A DNA stretch of 64,000 bases, from contig JBQTIG010000011.1 in NCBI GenBank assembly GCA_052388375.1, positions 92,080 to 156,079 on the forward strand. Direction: 5' to 3'. This stretch comes from Planctomycetaceae bacterium. Its GTDB lineage: Bacteria; Planctomycetota; PLA2. Position numbers and translations under genes: made by a program. Under the pieces are notes generated by a model, which did no database searches, was not told the DNA's origin, and was given only the letters and a program-made list of their open reading frames with translations. This document shows, piece by piece, positions 13,158 to 22,262 of this stretch. Within the stretch, counting starts at the first letter, position 1; every line of letters begins with the position of its first letter.

Positions 13158-14444
13158 GTGAAGCCGGTCCTTCAACTGGCCCTCGACTTCGTGGACCTGC
13201 ACCGCGCCCTTGGGGTGGCCCGGGAGGCGGCGGCCGGGGGGGTGGACTGGATCGAGGTGGGTACCCCCCTTCTCAAGGCGGAGGGTCTCTCCGCCGTACG
13301 GACCCTGCGGGCGGAATTCCCCCACCTGACCCTGGTTTGCGACACGAAGACCATGGACGCGGGTCGGATCGAGATGGAGTCCGCCGCCAAGGCGGGGGCC
13401 GACGTGGCCACGGTCCTGGGAGCCGCCCCCGACGCCACCATTCGCGAATGCATCGAGGCGGGACGCAACTACGGCATCCGCGTGGCGGTCGATCTCGTGG
13501 AGGTCGCCGACCCCGTGGCGCGCGCCCGTCAGGTCGCGGACTGGGGAGCCTCCCTGGTGGGGGTCCACTGTCCGATCGACCGCCAGATGGAGGGCCAGGA
13601 CCCCTTCGAGGCGCTGCGCGCGGTGGCCACCGCGGTCTCGATTCCGGTCTCGGTGGCCGGAGGGATCCACACCGAGTCGGCTGCCCTGGCGGTGGGCGCG
13701 GGCGCCTCGGTGATCGTGGTCGGCGGCGCGATCACCAAGGCCGAAGACGCGGCGGCGGCGACCCGGGCGCTCAAGCGGGTCATCGCCAGCGGAGTTCCCG
13801 AGGCGACCACCCTCTTCCGCAGGGGCGGCGCGGAGGCGCTGGCGGAACTCCTGGCGCGGCCCTCGGTTCCCAACATCTCCGACGGCTTTCACCACATGCC
13901 GGTCCTCGCCGGACTGCAGCCGATCGTCCCGGGCGTCCACATGGTGGGGCGCGCTCTCACCGTGCGCGCCTATCCCGGGGACTGGGCCAAGCCGGTGGAG
14001 GCGATCGACAAGGCGTCGGCGGGGGACGTGATCGTCGTCGACGCCGGGGGGGTGCCGCCCGCGCTCTGGGGCGAGCTGGCGACGCACAGCGCGCTGCAGC
14101 GCAAGCTCGCCGGCGTCGTCATCCACGGCGCCATCCGGGACACGCCGGAGATCCGGCGTCTCGGGTTCCCCGCGTTCGCGCGCCACGTCACCGCGCGGGC
14201 GGGGGAGCCTAAGGGGTTCGGCGAGATCGGCGTGGCCATCGAGATTGAGGGCATCCGGATCGAGAGCGGCGACTGGATCGTGGGGGACGACGACGGCGTG
14301 GCGGTGCTGCCGCGCGCCCGGGCGGTGGAGATGGCGAACCGCGCCCTGGACCGGCTCGAGATGGAGAACCGGGTGCGCAAGGAGATCGCGGCGGGATCCA
14401 CCTTGGCCCAGGTCGTGGATCTCTACAAGTGGGAAAAGCGGTGA
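13158..14444 (+). CDS. Bifunctional 3-hexulose-6-phosphate synthase-like (OMPDC/KGPDC fold) / RraA-like (class II aldolase/RraA family) fusion protein
   Basis: N-terminal LQLALDF..WIEVGTPL..VCDTKTMD..AGADVATVLG HPS signature; C-terminal 200 aa RraA-like (VDAGG..LWGEL..GVVIHGAIRD); probable GTG start at VKPVLQLALDF; first gene of an operon with thiS and thiG. Confidence 0.7.
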   Translation: MKPVLQLALDFVDLHRALGVAREAAAGGVDWIEVGTPLLKAEGLSAVRTLRAEFPHLTLVCDTKTMDAGRIEMESAAKAGADVATVLGAAPDATIRECIEAGRNYGIRVAVDLVEVADPVARARQVADWGASLVGVHCPIDRQMEGQDPFEALRAVATAVSIPVSVAGGIHTESAALAVGAGASVIVVGGAITKAEDAAAATRALKRVIASGVPEATTLFRRGGAEALAELLARPSVPNISDGFHHMPVLAGLQPIVPGVHMVGRALTVRAYPGDWAKPVEAIDKASAGDVIVVDAGGVPPALWGELATHSALQRKLAGVVIHGAIRDTPEIRRLGFPAFARHVTARAGEPKGFGEIGVAIEIEGIRIESGDWIVGDDDGVAVLPRARAVEMANRALDRLEMENRVRKEIAAGSTLAQVVDLYKWEKR

Positions 14445-14641
14445 GGATCCGGCTGAACGGCGAGACTTTGGAGGTCGCGCGCGGCACCACGGTGGGCTCC
14501 CTGGTGGACCGGGCGGTTCCGGACCGCTCGCGCGTCGCCGTGGAGCGCAACCGCGCCATCCTGCCGCGGTCGGAGTACGATCGCCACGAAGTGGCGGAGG
14601 GCGACGAACTCGAGATCGTCACCCTCGTGGGAGGCGGTTGA
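14429..14641 (+). CDS. thiS: Sulfur carrier protein ThiS
   Basis: 70 aa ending in GG (VTLVGGG); immediately upstream of thiG with TGATG overlap. Confidence 0.75.
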   Translation: MGKAVRIRLNGETLEVARGTTVGSLVDRAVPDRSRVAVERNRAILPRSEYDRHEVAEGDELEIVTLVGGG

Positions 14642-15417
14642 TGCAACCGCTCCGCGTGCGCGACTTCGTCTTCGAGAGCCGCCTATTCCTCGGCTCGGGG
14701 CGCTACCCCGACCGCGCCACGATGCTGCGCGCCTGGGAGGCGTCGGGCACCCGCTGCGTCACCGTCGCGCTGCGACGCATCGACCTGAAGCACGAACGCG
14801 AGGAGAAAAACCTCCTCGATGTCATCGACCGCGAGCGCTACACGATCCTGCCCAACACCGCGGGCTGCTACTCCACCGAGGAGGCGCTGCGCACCGCCCG
14901 ACTCGCGCGGGAGCTTGGACTCGGCGACCTCGTCAAGCTGGAGGTGATCGCCGACGAGCAGACGCTGCTCCCCGACGTGGCGGCCACCTGCGAGGCGACG
15001 CGGCAGCTGGCGCGCGAGGGGTTTGTCGTGTTCGCCTACACCAACGACGACCCGGTCTACGCGCTCCGGCTGGAGGAGGCGGGTGCGGCGGCGGTGATGC
15101 CTCTCGGCGCGCCGATCGGTTCCGGCCTCGGCATCCTCAACCCCACCAACCTGCGCATCATCCTCACCCGGGCGAAGGTGCCCATCCTCGTCGACGCCGG
15201 CGTGGGCACGGCCAGTGACGTCGCCGTCGCCATGGAGCTCGGGGCGGACGGGGTGCTGCTCAACACCGGCGTCGCCCTCGCCCAGGACCCGGTCTCGATG
15301 GCGCGCGCCATGGGATTGGCCTGCGAGGCGGGGCGGCTCGCCTGGCTCGCGGGCCGCATGCCGCGCCGCGAATTCGCCGCCCCCTCCAGCCCCCGGGAAG
15401 GGCGCATCGGCACTTGA
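14641..15417 (+). CDS. thiG: Thiazole synthase
   Basis: 258 aa from MQPLRVRDFVFESRLFLGSG; conserved ThiG TIM-barrel motifs (TILPNTAGC, LVKLEVI, VMPLGAPIGSG, ILVDAGVGT). Confidence 0.9.
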   Translation: MQPLRVRDFVFESRLFLGSGRYPDRATMLRAWEASGTRCVTVALRRIDLKHEREEKNLLDVIDRERYTILPNTAGCYSTEEALRTARLARELGLGDLVKLEVIADEQTLLPDVAATCEATRQLAREGFVVFAYTNDDPVYALRLEEAGAAAVMPLGAPIGSGLGILNPTNLRIILTRAKVPILVDAGVGTASDVAVAMELGADGVLLNTGVALAQDPVSMARAMGLACEAGRLAWLAGRMPRREFAAPSSPREGRIGT

Positions 15418-16172
15418 TCGCGCAGATCGACCTTCCCCCGCCCCCCATCCTCGCGGCGTGCGGCGCGGGGCTCGCGCTCCTCCTGCCGCTCGTCGCGAGG
15501 GCGCGGCGCGGCGCGGCGTTTCCCGAGCGCCACCCCGCCCCCTTCCTGCCCGCCTCCCCCGCCCCGCTGCTCCTCGCCGGCTTCGGCCTGCTCCTCCTCA
15601 CGCATCCGCTCATGCTCCCCGCGCACAAAGGCTGGGGGCCGTTCCTGGCGCTGGGAGGGGGCGCTCTCCTCGTGGCCGCGTCGCTCGCCGTCTGGTTCTT
15701 CCTGCTTCGCAAGGTCTTCCGGCCGCGCGGTTCGGATGCGCGGCGCGCGGGAGAGGGCCTCGTGATCTGCGCCGCCTCGCTGCCGCTGGTCTACGGCGCC
15801 GGGGTGCTGATGCAGGCGTTCGGCATCGACGAAGTCCAATCCTCGGTGGATGAGATCGCCCAGCGCCGTCCGGGATGGGTGGTGAAGGCGGTGTTCGCGG
15901 TGGCCGTGGCGCCGGTCGTGGAGGAGGTCATCTTCCGGGGATGCGTCTACCCCGCGCTGCGCGCGATCCACGGTTGGCGGCCCGCCCTCCTCGTGAGCGC
16001 GGTGCTGTTCGGCCTCGTCCATGCGGTCCCCGCGGTCATCCTGCCCATGATCCTCTTCGGCCTCGCCCTCGGCTGGCTGGCGGAGCGGACGGGGTCCCTG
16101 CTCGCCCCCGTCGTCGCGCACGCAGCCTTCAACGGCCTCACGGTGGCCACGCTCCTCGTCTACGGCCGGTAG
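15414..16172 (+). CDS. CPBP family intramembrane glutamic endopeptidase (CAAX protease/Abi-like)
   Basis: EEVIFRG, FGLVH, HAAFN motifs; multiple TM helices; TTG start overlapping thiG stop by 4 nt (start uncertain). Confidence 0.6.
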   Translation: MIAQIDLPPPPILAACGAGLALLLPLVARARRGAAFPERHPAPFLPASPAPLLLAGFGLLLLTHPLMLPAHKGWGPFLALGGGALLVAASLAVWFFLLRKVFRPRGSDARRAGEGLVICAASLPLVYGAGVLMQAFGIDEVQSSVDEIAQRRPGWVVKAVFAVAVAPVVEEVIFRGCVYPALRAIHGWRPALLVSAVLFGLVHAVPAVILPMILFGLALGWLAERTGSLLAPVVAHAAFNGLTVATLLVYGR

Positions 16173-16214
16173 CGCATTGCCAGCGGGGCCCGGGCCGCGT
16201 ATTCTCCGCCCGCG

Positions 16215-16721
16215 ATGGCGGAGCGGGCGATGCGGACGCGGGGCGGCGCACTCGTCGCTTCGACGGCGGTCGTGGAGGGCGATGTCGCGCTGGGGGAGCG
16301 CGTGAGCGTCTGGTGGAACGCCGTGCTGCGCGGCGACGACGCGCCCATCGCCGTGGGTCCCGGCACCAACCTGCAGGATCTCGTCCTGGTCCACCCCGAC
16401 CCCGGGATCCCTCTCGTCATCGGACGGGACGTCACCGTGGGGCACCACGCCATCCTGCACTGCGCGCGCATCGGCGATCGCGCCCTCATCGGGATGGGAT
16501 GCATCCTGCTCAAGGGAGCCGTCATCGGAGAGGAGGCGGTGGTGGCGGCCGGTGCCCTCGTGCCGGAGGGGATGGAGGTGCCGGCGCGCGCGGTGGTGGC
16601 TGGCGTGCCGGCCAAGGTGAAGCGGGAGGCCACCCGGGAGGAGATCGCCGCCGCGCTCCCGCGCGCGGCGAAGTACTGGGCCACGGCCCAGGAACGGGCG
16701 GGAGGGGGGCGGGGGCCGTGA
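16215..16721 (+). CDS. Gamma-class carbonic anhydrase family protein (hexapeptide repeat, YrdA/PaaY-like)
   Basis: 168 aa; left-handed beta-helix hexapeptide repeats and conserved His ligands (VHP..., GHHAILH). Confidence 0.8.
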   Translation: MAERAMRTRGGALVASTAVVEGDVALGERVSVWWNAVLRGDDAPIAVGPGTNLQDLVLVHPDPGIPLVIGRDVTVGHHAILHCARIGDRALIGMGCILLKGAVIGEEAVVAAGALVPEGMEVPARAVVAGVPAKVKREATREEIAAALPRAAKYWATAQERAGGGRGP

Positions 16722-18277
16722 CGGAGCGGCTCGCCTCGCTTCTCGGCATCGTCACGCTTGTCGGCATCGCCTACGCCTGCAGCACCGACCGGCGCCGCGT
16801 GCCCTGGCGCATCGTCGTGGTGGGGATCCTCCTCCAGTTCTACCTCGCGCTGTTCCTCGTGCGCGTGGAGTGGGTGCCGGTGACGCTCACCGCGGCGGCG
16901 GCCGTCTGCGCCGTCGTCCTTGTTCTCGACGGGATTCGCCAGTTGGGAGGGCACTGGGCGTCCACGGCGCGGGGCCTCGGGCTCGTTGGATTCGCGGTCA
17001 CCTTCGTGTGGGCCATCGTCTTGGGAGGGAAGGAGAGTCTTGGCCTCTCCACCCTCGCGGCGCTGGTCGGCTTCGGCCTGCTCCTGGGCGCGCGCCCCGA
17101 CACGCGGCGATCGTTCTGCGCGGCCGCCGCCCTCGGCGGGTGCGTCGCCCCGGTGCTGCTCCTCTGGCGCGGTGCGCTGCCCCGCGATTTCGTCTTCCGC
17201 TCTTTCGAAGGGCTCGGGAGCGGCGTCGCCTGGGTCGCCGGATTCGCCGCGAAGGGCGCGGACCAGGTTTTCGGAGGCCTGCGCACCGGGGGGGGATTCG
17301 TCTTCGCCATCGAGGTGGGGTCGATCATCCTCCTGTTCAGCGCCCTGCTCTCCGTTCTCTACTACGTGGGCTTCCTGCCCTGGCTCGTCGGGTGGATGGC
17401 GCGCCTTCTCCATCGTGCGCTGGGCGTGAGCGGGGCGGAGTCCCTCGTCACGGCGTCCAACATCTTCCTGGGCCAGACGGAAGCGCCCCTCGTCGTGCGC
17501 CCCTATCTCGATCGCATGACGCAGAGCGAGACGAATGCGCTCATGACCGGGGGCTTCGCCACCATCGCCGGAAGCGTCCTCGCGGCCTACGTCCAGATGC
17601 TGAACCAAGCGGGGCTCTCCCGCGGCGCCGCCGACCTTATCGCCGCTTCGGTGATGAGCGCGCCCGCGGCGTTCGTGTTCGCCAAGTTGTTCGTACCGGA
17701 GACGGAGATCCCCGAGACGCTGCAGGGGGCGAAGCTGGAGCGGGAGCAGGTGGGGTCGAGCCTGCTCGACGCGCTGGCTGGCGGCGTGACCGCGGGATTG
17801 CGGCTGGCGATCAACGTCGTCGCGATGCTCCTCGTCTTCTACGCGTTCATCGCCATGCTGAACGCGGCGGTGGACTGGGCGGCCCGCGAATTCCTGACCG
17901 TCGAGAAGCCGGTCACCTTCCAGAGAATCTACTCCTACGCGTTCTGGCCGCTGGCATGGCTGATGGGAGTGCCCTCCCACGAGTGCTTGAACGTGGGGCA
18001 GCTGCTCGGAACCAAGACGATCTTCAACGAGTTCGTGGGCTACATGGAGCTCTCCGGCATGCTGCGCAACGGCGAGATCTCCACTCGCTCGGCGGTCCTC
18101 TCTACCTACGTCCTCTGCGGATTCGCCAACTTCATGTCCATCGGCATCCAGATCGGCGGCCTCTCCGGCCTCTGCCCCGCGCGCCGCGGCTCCTACGTCA
18201 AGCTCGCCTTCCGAGCGATGGTCGCCGGATCCTTCGCCTGCCAGCTCACCGCCTGCATCGTCAGCCTCCTCTACTGA
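16718..18277 (+). CDS. nupC: NupC/CNT family concentrative nucleoside transporter
   Basis: GTG start overlapping previous stop (GTGA); CNT motifs GFATIAGSVLAAYV and YVLCGFANFMSIGIQIGG; about 519 aa with N-terminal extra TM region. Confidence 0.78.
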   Translation: MTERLASLLGIVTLVGIAYACSTDRRRVPWRIVVVGILLQFYLALFLVRVEWVPVTLTAAAAVCAVVLVLDGIRQLGGHWASTARGLGLVGFAVTFVWAIVLGGKESLGLSTLAALVGFGLLLGARPDTRRSFCAAAALGGCVAPVLLLWRGALPRDFVFRSFEGLGSGVAWVAGFAAKGADQVFGGLRTGGGFVFAIEVGSIILLFSALLSVLYYVGFLPWLVGWMARLLHRALGVSGAESLVTASNIFLGQTEAPLVVRPYLDRMTQSETNALMTGGFATIAGSVLAAYVQMLNQAGLSRGAADLIAASVMSAPAAFVFAKLFVPETEIPETLQGAKLEREQVGSSLLDALAGGVTAGLRLAINVVAMLLVFYAFIAMLNAAVDWAAREFLTVEKPVTFQRIYSYAFWPLAWLMGVPSHECLNVGQLLGTKTIFNEFVGYMELSGMLRNGEISTRSAVLSTYVLCGFANFMSIGIQIGGLSGLCPARRGSYVKLAFRAMVAGSFACQLTACIVSLLY

Positions 18278-18423
18278 CTGTCAGGCGTGCCAATGGCGTA
18301 AGATGCTATTTGCAAAGTGGTTATGAGCGCGACGTGCGGCACTCGTGCCGCAGGGAGACGACTGGCCCCGAGGGGGAGCCTGCGCCCCCCTCTTCCAGGA
18401 TCTCCTCCGGCAAACCCCAATCC

Positions 18424-18900
18424 CTAGAACGGGATGCCGATGATGCGGGTCTCGAAGACCATGCGATCCGCGAGGAACCCCTGGGCGTCGAAAATGGCGC
18501 GGCGGGGTTTCAGTTCGTGCGACTTTCCCACCACGATCAGGCGGTCCCCGGGCACTACGGTGCCGCGAAACCGGGTGTTTTCGATGCCCCCGAAGCCAAA
18601 GAACTTCTCCACCTCGGGGAACGCGCAGCGCCAGAAAAAACTGCAGAGCTGCGCCGCGGTCTCCACCATGAGGACCCCGGGGAAAAGCGGCCTTCCCGGG
18701 ATGTGGCCCCGCGCCCAGAAGGGCTCCTTGGGGATGCGGTTTTCCCCCACGATCGCGCCCTCTTCGGGGCGAAACGAGAGGATGGCGGTCAGCAGCTCCA
18801 TCTCGTATCGGTGGGGGTTCCGGCGGCGGATCTCCTCCGGCCCGAACTCCACGTGATCCAGGTCGATGCGGGAGAGGTCTACGAGCAGTTCCGGGGGCAT
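18424..18900 (-). CDS. fabZ: 3-hydroxyacyl-ACP dehydratase FabZ (hotdog fold)
   Basis: 158 aa; FabZ catalytic His/Glu context (HIPGRPLFPGVLMVETAAQ). Confidence 0.8.
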   Translation of the reverse strand: MPPELLVDLSRIDLDHVEFGPEEIRRRNPHRYEMELLTAILSFRPEEGAIVGENRIPKEPFWARGHIPGRPLFPGVLMVETAAQLCSFFWRCAFPEVEKFFGFGGIENTRFRGTVVPGDRLIVVGKSHELKPRRAIFDAQGFLADRMVFETRIIGIPF

Positions 18901-18979
18901 TCCCCTGAAGGGTAGCGGAAACCGCCAGGGATTGGGTGCCCCCGCCTTGTTATCCTAGGGGGCGGGCAGGAAACTCTGC

Positions 18980-19744
18980 ATGCGCACCCTTTGGACGCTC
19001 GTCCTCATCGTCGCCTTGTCCGTCGCGGACGACGAGCCGTCGCCTCCGCCCGAGCCCAAACCCAGACTGGCCGGCGAAGTGGAGGTGGGCGAGACCGGCG
19101 TGAAGATCGAGGATCCCGCCGTCGCCCGCGACAAGATCGCCCGCTTCCAGAGTGCATACAAGGAAGCGGACGAGGATACGGCGAAGGCGGAGCTGGTGAA
19201 GAAGCTGGGCGACTGGGACCACCCCGAGATCCTCAAGACGCTGGCGAAGATGATCGGGGACCGAAATCGTTTCGCGGCGATCGAGGCGGCGTTGGGGTGC
19301 GCGCGGCAGAGCGATCCGGGGAAGGCGGGCGCGGCGCTCCACCGCGCCCTGCTGAGCGAGAAGCGCATCGACGTCGCCTGCGCCCTTCTCGTCGCCCTCG
19401 GGAGAACAGGCTACGTCAAGGCCTCCAAGGACGCCGAGAAGTGGTTCAAGAAGGACAGCGCGGAGGGGCGCAAGGCCGCCGCGCGCTACTTCGGCGGCGT
19501 GAAGGCGAAGGAGGCGTTCCGCCTCCTCGCCGAGGAGCTCGACGAGCCGAAACCGGGCCGCATCGACGATCCGAAGAATCCCCCCGCCTCCTGGTGGAAG
19601 GTGCGCTGGGAGGAGTGGGACTCCAATCTGCCCTACGTGAAGAAGGCGCTGAGCGAAATCGTGCCAGGCGAGACGTTCGACACGCGCAAGGAGGCGGAGG
19701 AGTGGGCGCGGGTCGAGGGGCGCAAGCACGGCATCGAGTGGTGA
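18980..19744 (+). CDS. Secreted HEAT-like repeat protein
   Basis: Signal peptide MRTLWTLVLIVALSVA; repeated helical KxLG/ALG units. Confidence 0.5.
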   Translation: MRTLWTLVLIVALSVADDEPSPPPEPKPRLAGEVEVGETGVKIEDPAVARDKIARFQSAYKEADEDTAKAELVKKLGDWDHPEILKTLAKMIGDRNRFAAIEAALGCARQSDPGKAGAALHRALLSEKRIDVACALLVALGRTGYVKASKDAEKWFKKDSAEGRKAAARYFGGVKAKEAFRLLAEELDEPKPGRIDDPKNPPASWWKVRWEEWDSNLPYVKKALSEIVPGETFDTRKEAEEWARVEGRKHGIEW

Positions 19745-19747
19745 CGC

Positions 19748-20536
19748 TCACGCCCACGCGCGACAGTGTGGCCGGAGCGGGCAGGGTGCGCAGAGCGCCG
19801 CGACCGGACGCCGCGGGCAGTCGCCGGAGATCCCCAGGTGCGCGAGGGCGAAGTCGTAGCGCACGGGGTCGAGCGGATCGAAACGCCGCAGGGCGGCCGT
19901 CACCTCCAGCGCCGCCCGCCAGGAGGGCGATTTCCGCTCCGTGAGACCGAGCCAGTAGGCGATTCGGTGCACATGGGTATCGAGGGGGACCACGAGCCGG
20001 CGGGTGGGAAGGCCGCTCCAGAGCCCCAGATCGGCCCCGTCGTCCGGCCGCGCCACCCAGCGGAGAAAGAGCAGGGAGCGCTTGCATGCGCTCCCGTCCG
20101 CCGGCCGCGGCAGCAGGAAGCGCACTCCGGGGGTGGGGCGCCTGCCCCGGAGTTCGCGCGAGAAGCCGTCCAGCCCGGCGCCCACATCCTCCGCCTCCGG
20201 GCGGTCGTGCCGGAGGAAGGCCGCCTCGAGGGACCCGTGGCGCGCCCGCGCCTCGCGGAGGGAGCCGAAGAGCCGCGCGAGATCCGCTTCGCCGATCCAG
20301 CGGTAGCGGAACCCGCGCGGGGGGCCCCCGCCCCCCTCCCACGCTTCGATGGCTCGGGCCGCCGCGACGCGGATCGACGCCGCGTTCCCGAAGGCGAGAC
20401 ATGCGGCGAGGAGCGCCGCGCCCTCGCGATCCCGCGAAGCGCGCACGACCCCGAGAGGATCGCGCGCCAGTCGCCGCGGATCGGCGCGACCCGCGAGCCG
20501 CTCCAGACGGACGCCCAGGCCCACCATGGCGCCCAT
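19748..20536 (-). CDS. TIGR02757/DUF2400 family protein
   Basis: LDTHVHRIAYWLGLT and DPVRYDFALAHLGISGDC conserved blocks. Confidence 0.55.
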   Translation of the reverse strand: MGAMVGLGVRLERLAGRADPRRLARDPLGVVRASRDREGAALLAACLAFGNAASIRVAAARAIEAWEGGGGPPRGFRYRWIGEADLARLFGSLREARARHGSLEAAFLRHDRPEAEDVGAGLDGFSRELRGRRPTPGVRFLLPRPADGSACKRSLLFLRWVARPDDGADLGLWSGLPTRRLVVPLDTHVHRIAYWLGLTERKSPSWRAALEVTAALRRFDPLDPVRYDFALAHLGISGDCPRRPVAALCAPCPLRPHCRAWA

Positions 20537-20583
20537 CGTAGCCGCGCCGCTCCGCGTACAATGCTCCGCCGGGAAACGAGCGA

Positions 20584-22251
20584 TTGGCCCTCATCCTGCC
20601 CTGCCCCTCCTGCGGCGCGCCCGCCGACGCTTCCGCACAACGACCCGGCGCGCGATTCCCCTGCGCCCATTGCGGCAAGGTGATCGCGGTGCCGGCGTCG
20701 GGACCGGCGGTGCGCGCGGGGAGGCGCCGCGCCCTCGCCGTCGTCGGCCTGCTGGTCGCCGCGGGGGGCCTCTACGCCCTCCTGCCGCGGGACCGCACTC
20801 CGGAGGCGCCGGCGCAGGATAGGGCCACGGCGACGCTGGATCGCGAGACATGGTGGACTCGCGCCACGGCGCGCCCCTCCGGCGCGGAGCGTCTCCTGGC
20901 CCCGCGCGAATTGCGCGCGGTGCTCGCGGAAGGCGAGCGGCGGGGATTCTCGGCCGACGCGACCTGGTGGGCGGAACGGCGGCGATGGGCCTTCGAGCGC
21001 ATCCTCTCGATGGACCCCCTCGACACGGAGGCGAACACCGCCGCGGGCCGGCGCGTGCTCCAGACCTACCCCGGGTTTCGAGAGCTCTGGGACCGGATGC
21101 TGGCGGCCCGCACGCTCCACGAGACGACCGAAACGCTGCTGGGCCTCTACGACGACCGCGTGCAGGCCGACGAGGCGATCTTCCTGGACGAGGAGGAGTG
21201 GGCGCGCACTTCGGCCCTTTTGAAGGACGCCGCGGAGCACCTCCGCCGCATGGGAGAGGATCCGGCCTACCGCGCCCTCCAGCGCGCGCTCCAGATGGTC
21301 CGGAGCGACGGCGCGCTGCAGGAGTACGCGTTCGTCCGGATGCAGGCGGGGCCCTTCCTGGTCTTCTACACGGCGCGCGATCTGCGGCGCATCCGGGGGG
21401 AGGGCGAAGAGGCGGAGAACGCGCGCATCGCCGGGCGCGCCGCGATCTACGAGAAAGCCCTCGCCGCCCGCGCCGCGATCTACACCGGGCTCCTCGACGA
21501 CCTCAGGGCGCTCTACCCCGAGATTCTCGCCGCCCACCCGATCGCGCCCGGCGATCTCTTCTTCCAGTGGATCTTCGCCGACGAGGCGACCTATCTCGAC
21601 TTCTGCGAGCGCACCGGAAGCCGCGGCCAGGTGCGCGCCTACCGCGCGGGCCATCTGCGCAAGCGGGACGGCTGGGCGTTCCTGTTCGAGCCGGCGGAGG
21701 AACGCCCCGAGGCGAGCGACCCCGTGGGGGAGAGCGCCGCCTACCTGGGCTGCCTGCAACTGCTCACGCACTGGTCCATCGACCCCGCCGTTCCCGGCAC
21801 GCGGCACATCGACAGCTCCCGCGCGCTCTGGATCCAGGAAGGGTGGGCGTCGCTCCTGGCGTCGCGTCGCGTCGCGAAGAGCGAGCTGGGCGCCTCGCTC
21901 CGGCAGGCCAACCTCGCCGGACGGGCGCTGCCCTCGATCCAGCGCATCGTCGATCGCGAGAGCTGGCACGAGCTGGAGCAGTACCGGGAGCCGGTGGAGG
22001 AGACCGCCGAGGGGCCGCCCCCGCTCACGGTGCGGGAGTCCTTCGCGGATCTGGCCTGGGTGCTGACCGAGGTCCTCCACGGCGGGAACTACCGGCCGGG
22101 ATTCTCCCGATTCCTCCTCGCCCAGATCGAGGGGAGGCGGGGCGGCGAGGACTCCTTCGAGGCCTGCTTCCTCGCCGGGGGTCGCGGCGGATGGGCCGTC
22201 CTCGACGGCTTGGTGCACCAACGCGTGGCAAGCCTCGGTCCGGGCAGGTAG
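20584..22251 (+). CDS. Zinc-ribbon/TM/DUF1570-like domain protein, HExxH motif degenerate (putative pseudoprotease)
   Basis: N-terminal CPSCG..CAHCG zinc ribbon, one TM, C-terminal domain paralogous to next gene but LQLLTH replaces HESTH; only TTG start available after upstream stop. Confidence 0.6.
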   Translation: MALILPCPSCGAPADASAQRPGARFPCAHCGKVIAVPASGPAVRAGRRRALAVVGLLVAAGGLYALLPRDRTPEAPAQDRATATLDRETWWTRATARPSGAERLLAPRELRAVLAEGERRGFSADATWWAERRRWAFERILSMDPLDTEANTAAGRRVLQTYPGFRELWDRMLAARTLHETTETLLGLYDDRVQADEAIFLDEEEWARTSALLKDAAEHLRRMGEDPAYRALQRALQMVRSDGALQEYAFVRMQAGPFLVFYTARDLRRIRGEGEEAENARIAGRAAIYEKALAARAAIYTGLLDDLRALYPEILAAHPIAPGDLFFQWIFADEATYLDFCERTGSRGQVRAYRAGHLRKRDGWAFLFEPAEERPEASDPVGESAAYLGCLQLLTHWSIDPAVPGTRHIDSSRALWIQEGWASLLASRRVAKSELGASLRQANLAGRALPSIQRIVDRESWHELEQYREPVEETAEGPPPLTVRESFADLAWVLTEVLHGGNYRPGFSRFLLAQIEGRRGGEDSFEACFLAGGRGGWAVLDGLVHQRVASLGPGR

Positions 22252-22262
22252 AAAGGAACACC

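Noticed and set aside
18381-18409. GC-rich hairpin GAGGGGG-n8-CCCCCTC between convergent nupC and fabZ as intrinsic terminator
   Set aside because: There is no flanking T/U tract on either strand. It may still act as an RNA-stabilising stem-loop but cannot be called a terminator.
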